A stretch of DNA of 64,000 bases from an uncultured Actinomycetes bacterium (GTDB lineage Bacteria; Actinomycetota; UBA4738; HRBIN12). Position numbers and translations under genes: made by a program. Location: contig CAWCXU010000013.1 in assembly GCA_963799625.1 (NCBI GenBank), forward strand, positions 36,939-100,938, given 5' to 3'. The notes beneath the pieces are model-generated. The model ran no database searches, was not told the origin of the DNA, and saw only the letters and a list, made by a program, of their open reading frames with translations. Shown piece by piece: positions 32,194-42,406 of the stretch (position 1 is the stretch's first letter; the number at the start of each line of letters is the position of its first letter).

Positions 32194-33980
32194 GCGTCCC
32201 GCCGGCACCGAAGCTGCAGGTCGAGCACCTGACGATCGCGACGGCGCGGGGGGCCGAGATCCTGCAAGATGTCTCGCTCGACGTGTACCCCGGCGAGGTG
32301 CTGGGGCTCGTCGGCGAGTCCGGCTCGGGCAAGACCACGCTGGCGCTCGCGATGATCGGGTACGTCAGGCGTGGTCTACGGTTCGCCGGCGGCGCGGTTC
32401 GGCTCGACGGTCTCGACGTGCTCGCTTTGCCGGAAGACGACCTGCGGAAACTCCGCGGCTCGACCCTCGCGTACGTGCCACAGGACCCGGCCACGGCGCT
32501 GAACCCGGCGCGCCGCATCGGGCCGCAACTGCGCGAAGCGCTCACGTTCCACGGGCGCGACGACGCCGAAGCGGCCGACCGGGTGCACCAGCTCCTGGCC
32601 GAGGTCGGCCTCGGGAGCGTGCCGAACGTCCTCGACGCGTTCCCACACCAGCTCTCGGGAGGGCAACAGCAGCGCGCGACGATCGCGATGGCGTTCGCGT
32701 GCCGGCCCGCGATCATCGTGCTCGACGAGCCGACGACCGGTCTCGACGTGACGACGCAGCGCAGGGTGCTGGAGACCGTCGGGCAGTTGTGCGCGAACTA
32801 CGGCGTCGCCGCGGTCTACGTCAGTCACGACGTCGCGGTGGTGGGCGAGCTCGCGAACCGTGTGGCCGTGCTCTACGCCGGGCGAGTGGTGGAGGTCGGC
32901 GCGATGGCCGACGTGTTCGGCGCGCCGGAGCACCCGTACACGCGAGGCCTCCTTCGCGCCGTGCCGTCGCCGGATCGGGCCGAACACCTCGTCGGCATGG
33001 AGGGCCTCCCGCCGCGGCCGGGGGCGCGGCCGTCGGGCTGCTCCTTCGCCCCGCGGTGTCCCCTCGCGGTGGACGAGTGCCGCGCGGCCGTGCCCGAGCT
33101 GGTGGCGGCGAGCGCGGCCGGGCACGCGGCCCGCTGCATCTTCGTCGGGCAGGAGCCATCGGCGCGGAGGTCTGCCGAGCCGGAGCGGACGCACTCGACG
33201 ACGACGTCGGATGAGGCGATCCTCGTGGTCGAGGGTCTCGACGCCTCCTACGGGGCAACCGCCGTCCTGCACGACATCTCGCTGGAGATCCCTCGCGGCG
33301 CCTGCGTCGCCGTGGTGGGTGAGTCCGGCTCGGGCAAGACGACGCTCGCGCGATGCGTCGTCGGGCTGCATCGGAGCTGGTCGGGGAAGATCCGCTTCCA
33401 AGACATGGAGCTCGCGCCGGGGGTCCACGACCGATCGACCGAGGAACTCCGGCTCCTGCAGTACGTGTTCCAGAACCCGTACGCGTCGCTGAACCCCCGG
33501 CGAAGCATCGGCGGACTCGTCGCGCAGCCCGTCGACCACTTCACGAAGCTCGCCCGCTCGGACAGCGATCGGGCGGTCCGCGACGCGATCGCGTCGGTGT
33601 CGCTCTCGGTGGAGCTGGTGTCGAGCTATCCCGATCAGCTCTCCGGGGGGGAACGGCAGCGCGTGGCGATCGCACGGACCCTCGCGGTGTCGCCGTCGCT
33701 CTTGGTCTGCGACGAGGTGACCTCCGCGCTCGACGTCTCGGTGCAGGCCTCGGTGGTCGAGCTCCTGCGCCGGCTCCAGACCGAGCACGGGCTGTCGCTG
33801 CTGTTCATCACGCACAACCTGGCGCTCGTGCGGAGCATCGCGCAGCAGGTCGTCGTGATGCGCGAAGGCCGCGTGGTCGAGTCCGGGCCGGTGGAAGCGG
33901 TGCTGGACGATCCGCAGGACCCCTATTCGCGAGCGCTGATGCACGACGTGCCCCGGTTCGCGGGCACGATTGGCTCTTGA
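32190..33980 (+). CDS. Fused double ABC ATPase (DppD/F-like)
   Basis: GESGSGKT x2, LSGGQ/LSGGE, DEPT/DEVT. Confidence 0.93.
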   Translation: MSVPPAPKLQVEHLTIATARGAEILQDVSLDVYPGEVLGLVGESGSGKTTLALAMIGYVRRGLRFAGGAVRLDGLDVLALPEDDLRKLRGSTLAYVPQDPATALNPARRIGPQLREALTFHGRDDAEAADRVHQLLAEVGLGSVPNVLDAFPHQLSGGQQQRATIAMAFACRPAIIVLDEPTTGLDVTTQRRVLETVGQLCANYGVAAVYVSHDVAVVGELANRVAVLYAGRVVEVGAMADVFGAPEHPYTRGLLRAVPSPDRAEHLVGMEGLPPRPGARPSGCSFAPRCPLAVDECRAAVPELVAASAAGHAARCIFVGQEPSARRSAEPERTHSTTTSDEAILVVEGLDASYGATAVLHDISLEIPRGACVAVVGESGSGKTTLARCVVGLHRSWSGKIRFQDMELAPGVHDRSTEELRLLQYVFQNPYASLNPRRSIGGLVAQPVDHFTKLARSDSDRAVRDAIASVSLSVELVSSYPDQLSGGERQRVAIARTLAVSPSLLVCDEVTSALDVSVQASVVELLRRLQTEHGLSLLFITHNLALVRSIAQQVVVMREGRVVESGPVEAVLDDPQDPYSRALMHDVPRFAGTIGS

Positions 33981-34005
33981 CTGGTCACTAACTGGTCTGT
34001 AGGTT
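33977..34005 (+). promoter_or_regulatory. Internal promoter with tandem ACTGGTC operator
   Basis: TTGACT-N17-TAGGTT enclosing ACTGGTC-N4-ACTGGTC. Confidence 0.65.
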
Positions 34006-34052
34006 CGCCGCATGCGGCCTTGTCGGGAGGGCGGGTTCCGAAGGACGCCGAC

Positions 34053-34922
34053 ATGAGCGCGTACCGCCCCTCACCACGCCCCAACTTCGACGAAGCCACT
34101 CCATTGCGCCGCACCGACGTGGTCACCTACACGTGGGGAGACGAGGGCTCGGGCGAGGTCCAGGACTGGATCTACGTCTCCTCGGCGAAGATCCACCAGC
34201 TGGTGTTCGGACTTCCCCCGGGCGGCGTGTTCCGGCACTCGGACGAATTCCGCACGATCTTCGCCGCCGACGAGATCCTCTACGTGCTCTCCGGCACGAT
34301 GCTGCTTTCCGATCCAAGCACGGGCGAGGCCCACCGCGTCGAGACGGGCGAGGCCGCCTTCTTCCGCCGCGACACCTGGCACCACGCGTACGCGAGCGGC
34401 GGGGAAGCCCTGCGTGTGCTCGAGATGTTCGCGCCGCCGCCGGCGGCGGGCGCCTCGGGGTCCTACGCGCGGTCGCAGCCATTGCTCCAGGAGGTCCGGC
34501 TCGGCGATGACCGGGCGCTCGGCGCAACCGTGCCCGGTGAGGCGCCGTCGGCCCCGGACTCGATGCGCGTGCTTCGTCGCGCCGACCTGCGGTGGCGGCT
34601 CGAGCCCGCAACGCCGGCGCCGATCGCCGTCGGGCTCTTCGCGAGCACCGAGCATCTGACGGTCGGCACGTTCGGGCTCGACGCGGGCACCCGCGGCGAG
34701 TGGCATACGCACGCGGGTGACGAGTGCGGGTACGTGCTCGACGGCGCGCTCGCGCTCGCCGTCGACGGACCCGACGCCCGACGATGGTTCGAGCTCAACC
34801 CCGGCGACGGCTGGTACGTCCCCGAGGGAGTAGAACACCGCTATCAGGCCCATGAGGGCGACGTGCGCGCGGTCTTCGCGACGGCGCCCTCCTACCACAG
34901 CGAGACGGAGGGGACCCGATGA
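34053..34922 (+). CDS. Bicupin protein
   Basis: HSDE..DEILYVLSG..WHH and HTHAGDECGYV..EHRY. Confidence 0.85.
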   Translation: MSAYRPSPRPNFDEATPLRRTDVVTYTWGDEGSGEVQDWIYVSSAKIHQLVFGLPPGGVFRHSDEFRTIFAADEILYVLSGTMLLSDPSTGEAHRVETGEAAFFRRDTWHHAYASGGEALRVLEMFAPPPAAGASGSYARSQPLLQEVRLGDDRALGATVPGEAPSAPDSMRVLRRADLRWRLEPATPAPIAVGLFASTEHLTVGTFGLDAGTRGEWHTHAGDECGYVLDGALALAVDGPDARRWFELNPGDGWYVPEGVEHRYQAHEGDVRAVFATAPSYHSETEGTR

Positions 34923-36508
34923 ACGACCACGCATCGTCAGAGCACGACCGCTTCACGATCAGCCGGCGCGATCTGCTGCGCACCGCCATCCTGGCGGGCG
35001 CCGCGATCCCGATCCTCAACGCATGCACGAGCGATTCGTCGACCGCCGTTGCGACCGTGTCCGCGAGCGCCGACGTGACGAAGGGCGGCACGCTTCGGGC
35101 GGCCATCAGCGGGGGCTCGAGCTCCGACACGCTGGACTGCCAGTCGGCGATCACCACGATCGACTTCGCGCGGATCCTTCAGCTGAACGAGCCGCTCATC
35201 GGCTTCGGATCGGACGCGAAGCTCCAGAACCTCCTCGCCGAGGAGTTCACGCCGAACGCGAACGCGACGCTCTGGACGCTCAAGCTGAAGAAGGGCGTCA
35301 CGTTCCACGACGGGAAGCCGCTCACGGTCGACGACGTGATCTACAGCTTCCAGCGGATCGTCGACCCGAAGGCCCCGCTGCCGGGCGCCGCGCCGATGGC
35401 GGCCGTCGACGTGGCCAACATGAAGAAGATCGACGACCTGACGCTGCAGATCCCCTGCAAGACGCCGTACTCGATCCTCGACCAGCTCGTCGCGAACTAC
35501 TACTACAACATCATCCCGCAGGGGTATGACCCGAAGAACCCGATCGGCACCGGCCCGTTCAAGTACGAGAGTTTCTCGCCCGGACAGCAGAGCACGTTCT
35601 CGAAGAACGAGAACTACTGGACCTCCGGCGAGCCGTACGTCGACAGCGTCGTCATCAGCGACTTCTCCGACGAGACCGCGCAGCTGAACGCCCTGGCGGG
35701 CGGCCAGGCCGACATGGTGAACCAGCTGTCCGCGAGCGGCGCCGCCTCGCTCGCCACGTCCGGCGCGACCTCGGTGATCTCCCCCGGCGGCGGTTGGGTG
35801 CCGTTCACGATGCGGGTCGACGCCGACCCCTTCACCGATCCCAAGGTGCGAGAGGCGTTCAAGCTGATGGTCGACCGGGACCAGATGATGCAGGTCGTGT
35901 TCGGCGGGAACGGCACGATCGCGAACGACATCTGCTCCTACTACGACCCCTCCTACGACACCTCCATCCCGCAGCGTCCGTACGACCCCGAACACGCCAA
36001 GTCCCTGCTGCAGGAGGCCGGTGTGTCGGGGCTGACGATCGACCTCGTGACCTCTGACTTCGCACAGGGCGCGACGTCGATGGCGACGGTCTTCGCGCAG
36101 CAGGCGAAGGCGGCCGGCGTCACGGTGAACCTGAACAAGGTGACGGTCTCGGACTTCTACGGTCCTCAGTATCTGAAGTGGGTCTTCGCCCAGGACTTCT
36201 CGTTCTACCAGTACTACCTGCCGTCGGTCGGCCAGTTCTTCGTGCCCGACGCGCCGTACAACGAGACCCACTTCAGCGACCCCCACTACACGGACCTGTA
36301 CAACCAGGCGTTGAAGACCGTGGACGAGACCGCGCGGACGGACCTCGTGCATCAGATGCAGCAGATCGACTACGACCAGGGCGGCTACATCATCCCGGTG
36401 TTCCCGCCGGTGATCGACGGCGTCGCCTCGACGGTCCACGGCGTGGAGCCCACGAAGACCGGCGCTCCGCTGAACAACTACAACTGGCGCCAGATCTGGA
36501 TCGGGTAG
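34919..36508 (+). CDS. Family 5 solute-binding lipoprotein (Tat)
   Basis: SRRDLL; LNAC; GVTFHDGKPLTVDDVIYS; GTGPF. Confidence 0.92.
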   Translation: MNDHASSEHDRFTISRRDLLRTAILAGAAIPILNACTSDSSTAVATVSASADVTKGGTLRAAISGGSSSDTLDCQSAITTIDFARILQLNEPLIGFGSDAKLQNLLAEEFTPNANATLWTLKLKKGVTFHDGKPLTVDDVIYSFQRIVDPKAPLPGAAPMAAVDVANMKKIDDLTLQIPCKTPYSILDQLVANYYYNIIPQGYDPKNPIGTGPFKYESFSPGQQSTFSKNENYWTSGEPYVDSVVISDFSDETAQLNALAGGQADMVNQLSASGAASLATSGATSVISPGGGWVPFTMRVDADPFTDPKVREAFKLMVDRDQMMQVVFGGNGTIANDICSYYDPSYDTSIPQRPYDPEHAKSLLQEAGVSGLTIDLVTSDFAQGATSMATVFAQQAKAAGVTVNLNKVTVSDFYGPQYLKWVFAQDFSFYQYYLPSVGQFFVPDAPYNETHFSDPHYTDLYNQALKTVDETARTDLVHQMQQIDYDQGGYIIPVFPPVIDGVASTVHGVEPTKTGAPLNNYNWRQIWIG

Positions 36509-37563
36509 TGCCGGCACGGCGCGCGCGGCGAGGACCGATCCGCGTCGGCGTGATCGGCGCCGGGAGCGCGTCCAGGGCGTATCTGCGGACCCTCGATCCG
36601 CTCATCACCGCCGGCGCGGCGGAGGCCGGCCCCGTCTGCGACCGCCGGGCGAAGGTGCGCCGCGAGCTCGAGGCGCGCCGCCCGGGCACCGAGGTCGTCG
36701 CGACCGACGACGCCGTCCTGTCGAGCGATGTCGATCTGATCTTGATCACGACGGCGCCGGATACCCACGCGCCACTTGCCCGCCTCGCGCTCGAGGCGGG
36801 CAAGCACGTGGTCGTCGAGAAGCCCTTCGCGCCGGTCCCGGACGAAGGTCGTGCGTTGGTGGCGTTCGCGCGCCGGCAGAAGCTGCTGCTCGCCGCCGCG
36901 CCCTTCGTCCAGCTGTCGCCGGCGTTCGCGATGCTCCACGGGCTCGTCGGCGACGGTGTGGCCGGCACCGTGCACTCGGCCCGCGCGATGTACGGGAACC
37001 CCGGCTCGACCTGGGCGGCGTGGTACCACCGGTCGGGTGTCGGCCCGCTCGGAGACCTCGCGATCTACAACCTCAAGTCGCTCACCGGCCTGCTCGGTCC
37101 CGCCACGGAGGCCCGATGCGTCGAGTCACACTCCGCGATCGAGCGGGAGATCGTCGGGAGCGACGAGACCGATGCCGACGTCACGCACCTCCTGCTCCGG
37201 CACGCGAGCGGCGCGACGTCGTCGGTGATGGCGAGCCACGCGGTGTGGGCCTACCGGCGTCCTGCGATCGAGCTCTACGGCAGCGAGGGCACCCTGAACC
37301 TGCTCGGCGACGATTGGGACCCGGAAGGGATCGAGGCGTATCGCGAGGACTGGGGCCACTGGCGAACCTACCCGAGCCCCGATCGCACATGGAGCTGGAC
37401 CGACGGTTTGCGCTCGGCGGTCGATGCGTTGCGGACCGGGCGTTGGACCGCGTTCGATCTGGCACATGACGTCCACGTCTTGGAAGTGATCGAGGCGTGC
37501 CGGCGATCGGCGTCAGAGGACGGCGCTCGCGTCGAGATCGAAACCGACTTCAGGGAGCTGTAG
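36508..37563 (+). CDS. Gfo/Idh/MocA oxidoreductase (may extend to 37629 past an in-frame TAG)
   Basis: VGVIGAG, GKHVVVEKP, DLAIY. Confidence 0.88.
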   Translation: MPARRARRGPIRVGVIGAGSASRAYLRTLDPLITAGAAEAGPVCDRRAKVRRELEARRPGTEVVATDDAVLSSDVDLILITTAPDTHAPLARLALEAGKHVVVEKPFAPVPDEGRALVAFARRQKLLLAAAPFVQLSPAFAMLHGLVGDGVAGTVHSARAMYGNPGSTWAAWYHRSGVGPLGDLAIYNLKSLTGLLGPATEARCVESHSAIEREIVGSDETDADVTHLLLRHASGATSSVMASHAVWAYRRPAIELYGSEGTLNLLGDDWDPEGIEAYREDWGHWRTYPSPDRTWSWTDGLRSAVDALRTGRWTAFDLAHDVHVLEVIEACRRSASEDGARVEIETDFREL

Positions 37564-37625
37564 CTCCCCGCGACGACGGTGTCCGAGGCACACATCCACG
37601 ATCACACCCGCCCGCCCGGGGAACA

Positions 37626-38528
37626 ATGAGCGCGATGCCCGCCGGCGGACAGGCGATCGGTGTCGACGTCGGCGGCACGAAGACGGCCGTGGGTCTCGTG
37701 GATCTGTCGAGCGGCGCACGTGCTCGCATCGCGAGAGATCCCGTCCGAGGCGCACCTCGGCGCCGATGCGCTTCACGATCGACTCGAGCCCGCAGTCGGC
37801 TCAACTACGAGCCGGCCGCGAACGTAGCGGCGGCCGTCGCGGTCCCCGAGCTCGTCTCCCCCGACGGTCTGGTGCTGACGGAGGTCGTGATACCTGGCCT
37901 CGCGGGTGACCTCACGTCGACGTGGGCCGATCTCGGCGTCGTCGCCGTCGAGTCGGACGTACGGGCGGCTGCGGTGGCCGAGTCCGCCTTCGGGTACGGC
38001 CGTACGTTCGATCCGTTCGTCTTCGTGTCGGTGGGAACAGGCGTGAGCTACTGCGCCGTGTGGGACGGCCACCCGTGGGCGGGCGTCCACGGCGCCGCGA
38101 TCCTCCTCGGCAGCGGGATCGTCGTCGAGCACACGGACGGACCGCCGCTCGAGGCGGTCGCGAGCGGCCCCGGGATCCTTGCGCGCTACCGAGCGCTCGG
38201 TGGGGAGGCCGAACGCGCGCACGATGTGCTCGCTCGCGTCGGTGAAGACGCGCTCGCTGCGGAAACGGTGGTCGCCGCGGGACGGGTCCTCGGCTATGGC
38301 CTCGCGGAGGCCGTGAACCTGCTCGATCCTGCGGCTGTCGTCGTCGGGGGAGGGCTCGGGTCGGTCGGAGGCCCGTACTGGGATGCGGCGATCGAGACCG
38401 CCCGCGAGCGGACGTGGGCGGATGTTGCGCGCGAGGTGCCCCTGCTGCGCTCGGAGCTCGGGCCGGATGCCGGGTTGATCGGTGCGGCCCTCATAGCCGG
38501 CCGGCGAGGTGGCGGCGAGAGTCCCTGA
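37626..38528 (+). CDS. ROK-family sugar kinase (short compensated frameshift ~37715-37800)
   Basis: GVDVGGTK, ESDVRAAA, VGTGV, LEAVASG, VVVGGG, AGLIGAA. Confidence 0.88.
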   Translation: MSAMPAGGQAIGVDVGGTKTAVGLVDLSSGARARIARDPVRGAPRRRCASRSTRARSRLNYEPAANVAAAVAVPELVSPDGLVLTEVVIPGLAGDLTSTWADLGVVAVESDVRAAAVAESAFGYGRTFDPFVFVSVGTGVSYCAVWDGHPWAGVHGAAILLGSGIVVEHTDGPPLEAVASGPGILARYRALGGEAERAHDVLARVGEDALAAETVVAAGRVLGYGLAEAVNLLDPAAVVVGGGLGSVGGPYWDAAIETARERTWADVAREVPLLRSELGPDAGLIGAALIAGRRGGGESP

Positions 38529-38594
38529 CCCCCGGCGCGAACCGGAATTCGAGCAAGACGCAAGATTCGCACTCCAGGTGCCGATAGAGCCCCC

Positions 38595-39119
38595 ATGCGC
38601 GATGAGGGGGATCGCTTCGTCGCTTGGCGCCTGAGTGAGACGCCGGAGACGTTCGGTGTCTCACCCGAGGATGAGCGGATGGAACACGCGCTGCTCGCCT
38701 ACGCCCAGCGGTCCGCTGCCCGGGTCGGTGCGGAATGGTTCGCTGCCGAGTTCGCGCGCCGCGAGGAGGATGAGCGTCTGCAGCGTGAAGGCGCGATAAG
38801 GCCCCGCGAGACGGTCGACGAGCCCGTTCCGGAATCGTCGCCTGAGGTCACCTTGGTCGACGCCTCGGTCGAGGACGATGTCGTCGGGGGCGCACCTGAG
38901 GGCCTAGGCATCGAACCGATGCCTACGCCGGCACCGCCGGTGATACGTCACCCGCATGTTCCCCGGCCGCCCGCGCCGGAGCCGGCACCCGAGCCGAAGC
39001 GGCGGCGGCGACGTGAGCGCAAACAGGTGGAAGCGCCGACGCCATCGCCTGTGATCAGCGCCCCGGAATGGGCGCGTATGTCTCCTGGCGCCCGCCGCCT
39101 ATACGGACTGGACGCCTGA
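38595..39119 (+). CDS. Hypothetical Pro/Glu-rich protein
   Basis: 174-aa ORF with a GCCGATAG element 7 nt upstream. Confidence 0.6.
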   Translation: MRDEGDRFVAWRLSETPETFGVSPEDERMEHALLAYAQRSAARVGAEWFAAEFARREEDERLQREGAIRPRETVDEPVPESSPEVTLVDASVEDDVVGGAPEGLGIEPMPTPAPPVIRHPHVPRPPAPEPAPEPKRRRRRERKQVEAPTPSPVISAPEWARMSPGARRLYGLDA

Positions 39120-39282
39120 CCGGGCGCCGCAGGAACGACGCTTCCTACCCGACCGCGACGCCAGGGTGCTGGCTGACCCCTCGGCAGGCTTCCTATCCGG
39201 CCGATGGATCTCTACCTTCCCCGAACCGCGCACGGGACCCGTCCGTAGGACCTCTTCGACGTCACGCGAGCGCTAGGACCGA

Positions 39283-39534
39283 GTGAACCAGCACCTCTCC
39301 GACTTCAGGAGGACCCGGAAGATGATCGATCATTCAAGCGGCACCAGCTACCAGCGCGGGCTTCACCGTGTCGTGATCGAGCGCGCCTGCCGGCGCGAGG
39401 ACTGCCGTGAGGCCATGTCGAGGCTCGCCACCGAAGAGCTGATGCGGCGTGGCGGGCGGCCGAGTGAGCGGGCTATCACCTTCGCGCGCGACCATGCACG
39501 CAAGGGTTGCGAGTTGTTCGTCGCCAGCCAGTAG
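39283..39534 (+). CDS. Hypothetical small protein
   Basis: Fills the gap and converges on the GH2 gene; no motif. Confidence 0.35.
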   Translation: MNQHLSDFRRTRKMIDHSSGTSYQRGLHRVVIERACRREDCREAMSRLATEELMRRGGRPSERAITFARDHARKGCELFVASQ

Positions 39535-39561
39535 ACGGCGAACCGCCAACCCGGCCGACGA

Positions 39562-42322
39562 CTAGCCAACAGGGAGCGTCTGCTCGGGCACGTTGAAGCC
39601 ACGCAGCACCAACCTTGGGGCCGCACCGCCCAGATCGGTGCGCCGGTACCGCGCGGTGACCGTGGTCGACTCCCCCGGGAACAGCGAGATGTCGTTGCGC
39701 GAGTACCGGATCGGCAGCACCTCGCTGCCGCCCGGACCGGCCGTGATCGCCGCGCGAACGAAGAACGCGATATCGGTCTGGCTCTCGTTGGTGATGGTGA
39801 CTCGAACCGTCTCCCACTCACCATCGCTCCGACGTCGCGCCGTGGCCGCGACGTCGGCGTTCGTCGGCAGGCGCCCAAGACCGCGCATGTCCGCGTACCG
39901 GTTGACCGGCGTTCGGAACCACGAGTGATGGCCGGACAGCACGTCCGGCTGCGTCGAGTACCAATAGAGGTTGTCGCTCACAGACCTGCCGGCCGCATCG
40001 CGCAGCTGCAGCCGCAGGAAGTACGTGCGCGAGCCGCCCGAGACCGGCGGCACGCGGAACACGGTCTCGGCCGCGTTGGCGGGCGCCTCGACGTTCGGCA
40101 CGCTGAAGGTGAACCGCTCCCGCAGGTCGGGCACGTCGTAGACGGTCGCCGTGGCGGTAAGCCCGGAGCGGCCGTGGAGCGTGCTGTTGATCACGTCGAC
40201 CTGCCGCGTCGCGTAGTCGTACGCGATGTGCACCGGCTCGTTCGCCGTCTGCGTCCCGAAGAAGGCACCGCCCGGCTGGAAGGTCGACGGGAAGAGGTTC
40301 CAGTTCACCGACGGCCAGGCGCCGTTCAGCATCCAGTAGATCGTCCCGAAGGTGGCGCACCGGCCGGCGCACCCGTCGAACTCATGCGCGTTCCACGCCT
40401 CGAAGAACGACCTCGCCGTCTCGTAGTTCTGCAGCTCCGCCTTCCCCGAGTAGTCGGTGAACCCGGTGGCGCGCCCGTACCGGCGGTCGATCGCGTCGGT
40501 GGTCCAGTGGAACGTGTCGAACGTGCTGCCCGGCCGCCCGGCGTGGAAGTTCCACGTGTCCCCGATCGGCCACCGGTCCGCAGGCGGCAGGAACCTCCGG
40601 AGCGTCTCCAGACGGCGGCGACGACTGCGTGCCCTCCTCGGCCGTCGTGCCGAACGCGCTGCCCGCGCGCCCGGTGTCCCACCACAGCACCGGCGGCACC
40701 CACGCGTACGGCCCGTCCATCTTCATCCCGGCGTGGGGGTCGCACCACGTCGCCACGCCATCCACGGTGGGGTTCTGCCAGTGCAGCCGCGCGGCGATGC
40801 GCTTGTACCGGCGCAGGTGCGGGCCGTCCACCGGGCAGTCACTCCCGAACGCCCACATGAACGCGCTCGCGTGGGCGCGAAGCGCACGCATCTGGCTATC
40901 AAGTGACGCCGCCGCGACGTCGGCCTGCTCCGCGGTCCAACGCTGGTCGTTCTGCCAGATGCTGCAGCACACGAACCCCGGCATGATCATCACGCCGGCC
41001 TTGTCGGCGGCTTCGTAGAGCGCCCGGTTCCCCAAGGTGCCCTCGAGACGGATCGTGTTCAGCCCCATGGCCTTCGTGTACGCGACGGTGGCGGCCGCGT
41101 CCCGCGGGTCAAGCCGCTGCAGCAGGTCCCACATGTAGCCGCCCCCGCGAACCAGGATCGGGCGGCCGTTGACGAAGTACCGAACGAACGAGGTGCCGCG
41201 CACGGTCTGGCGCGCGTCCGTGAACTGCCGGATCCCGAATCGCGTGACCTGCCGATCCGACGGGATGCCGTCCACGGAAGCCGTGGTCGCGAGCCGGTAC
41301 AAGGCGGGCGTGCCGAACTGGTAGGGCCACCATAGGTCGGGATGCTCGACGTGCAGCTCCGGATACGTCGCCGGGTCGAAGACGACCTCGCGACGTTCGT
41401 TCGGGGCGAGCGTGACGTTCTGCGTGAGCGTGATGGGCGGATGCCCGGCCCTGTCGATCGTCGCGTCGACCGACGTGGTGACCGGTTGGTCGGTGCCGTT
41501 CACGGCGTCGACGTACGCCGTGAGGTCGGCCTGGTTGGTCCGCGGCAGCGGGAGCTCGGTGCGCACGTACGGATCGCGCAAGGCGACCGGGCCGGTCATC
41601 TCGAGCACCGTGGAGCCCCAGAGCCCGGCGTTCATATCCGGCGCCTCCGGGTTCCAGTCGACCGTGCAGAACGACAGATCTCGGCAGCGGTGCCGCGGCG
41701 GCGTGACGAGCACGGCGACGGCGTTGGCCGCGCCGGGGTGGATGAGGTCAGTGACGTCGTACTCGTGCACCACCATCGTGCCCACGGCATCGTGGTCGAG
41801 CTCGACGCCGTTCACCCAGATCTGCGCCCGGTAGCTGATGCCCTCGAAACGGAGCCACGCGCGCTGGCCCGCGCCGGCCGCCGGGGCCGTGAACTCCCCG
41901 CGATACCACCACTGCTGCTTGGTCAGGTCGGGCACGTCGGCGAGGTTCGTCCCGCGGTAGACGTCCGGATAGACGCCGTCGGCGACGAGCCCGGCCAGGA
42001 CGGTGGAGGGGAGCGTGACGGGATGCCACCCGGTGGTCGGATAGCCGACCGTGGCGATCGCGTCGCCCGGATCGGTGACCTCATCTGCGGAGCGCAGCGA
42101 CCACCCGTCGGTGAGCTCGGTGGCCGCGATCGCGACCGGCCCGGTGGATGGAGCAACCGAGGATCGGGCTCCGCCCGAACACGCGAGCATCGGCATCAGC
42201 AGTGCGAGCCCGGCGATCGCGAACGACCTGCGCCCGAGGGTGGTGACGCGCCTTTCGCTGACCGACGTCACCACGAGCTCGGTGTCGCGCGCCTCTTGGT
42301 CGGAGGTCGGACAGATACGCAT
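39562..42322 (-). CDS. GH2 exo-1,4-beta-D-glucosaminidase-like (CsxA-type) lipoprotein, frameshift at ~40615; start uncertain
   Basis: DWNPEAPD, GLNTIRLEG, FGSD acid/base motif, GMKMDGPY, IYWMLNGAWPS; MLAC lipobox. Confidence 0.85.
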
Positions 42323-42406
42323 GGCAATGCAACGATAGGCCAAAGGGCGCCGCGGATACTCAGACCATCCGCGGGCGATGGTTCGTGGCGTCAGCTTAGG
42401 AGGGGG

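Noticed and set aside
23151-37563. TAG recoding (in-frame TAGs at 23151 and 37561)
   Set aside because: Many intact genes end properly in TAG (corA, LLM, SBP, phoX, sthA), there is no pyl machinery, and the error background is high.
27050-39203. CRISPR array from the short direct repeats
   Set aside because: Only two copies each, wrong length and period, and no cas genes.
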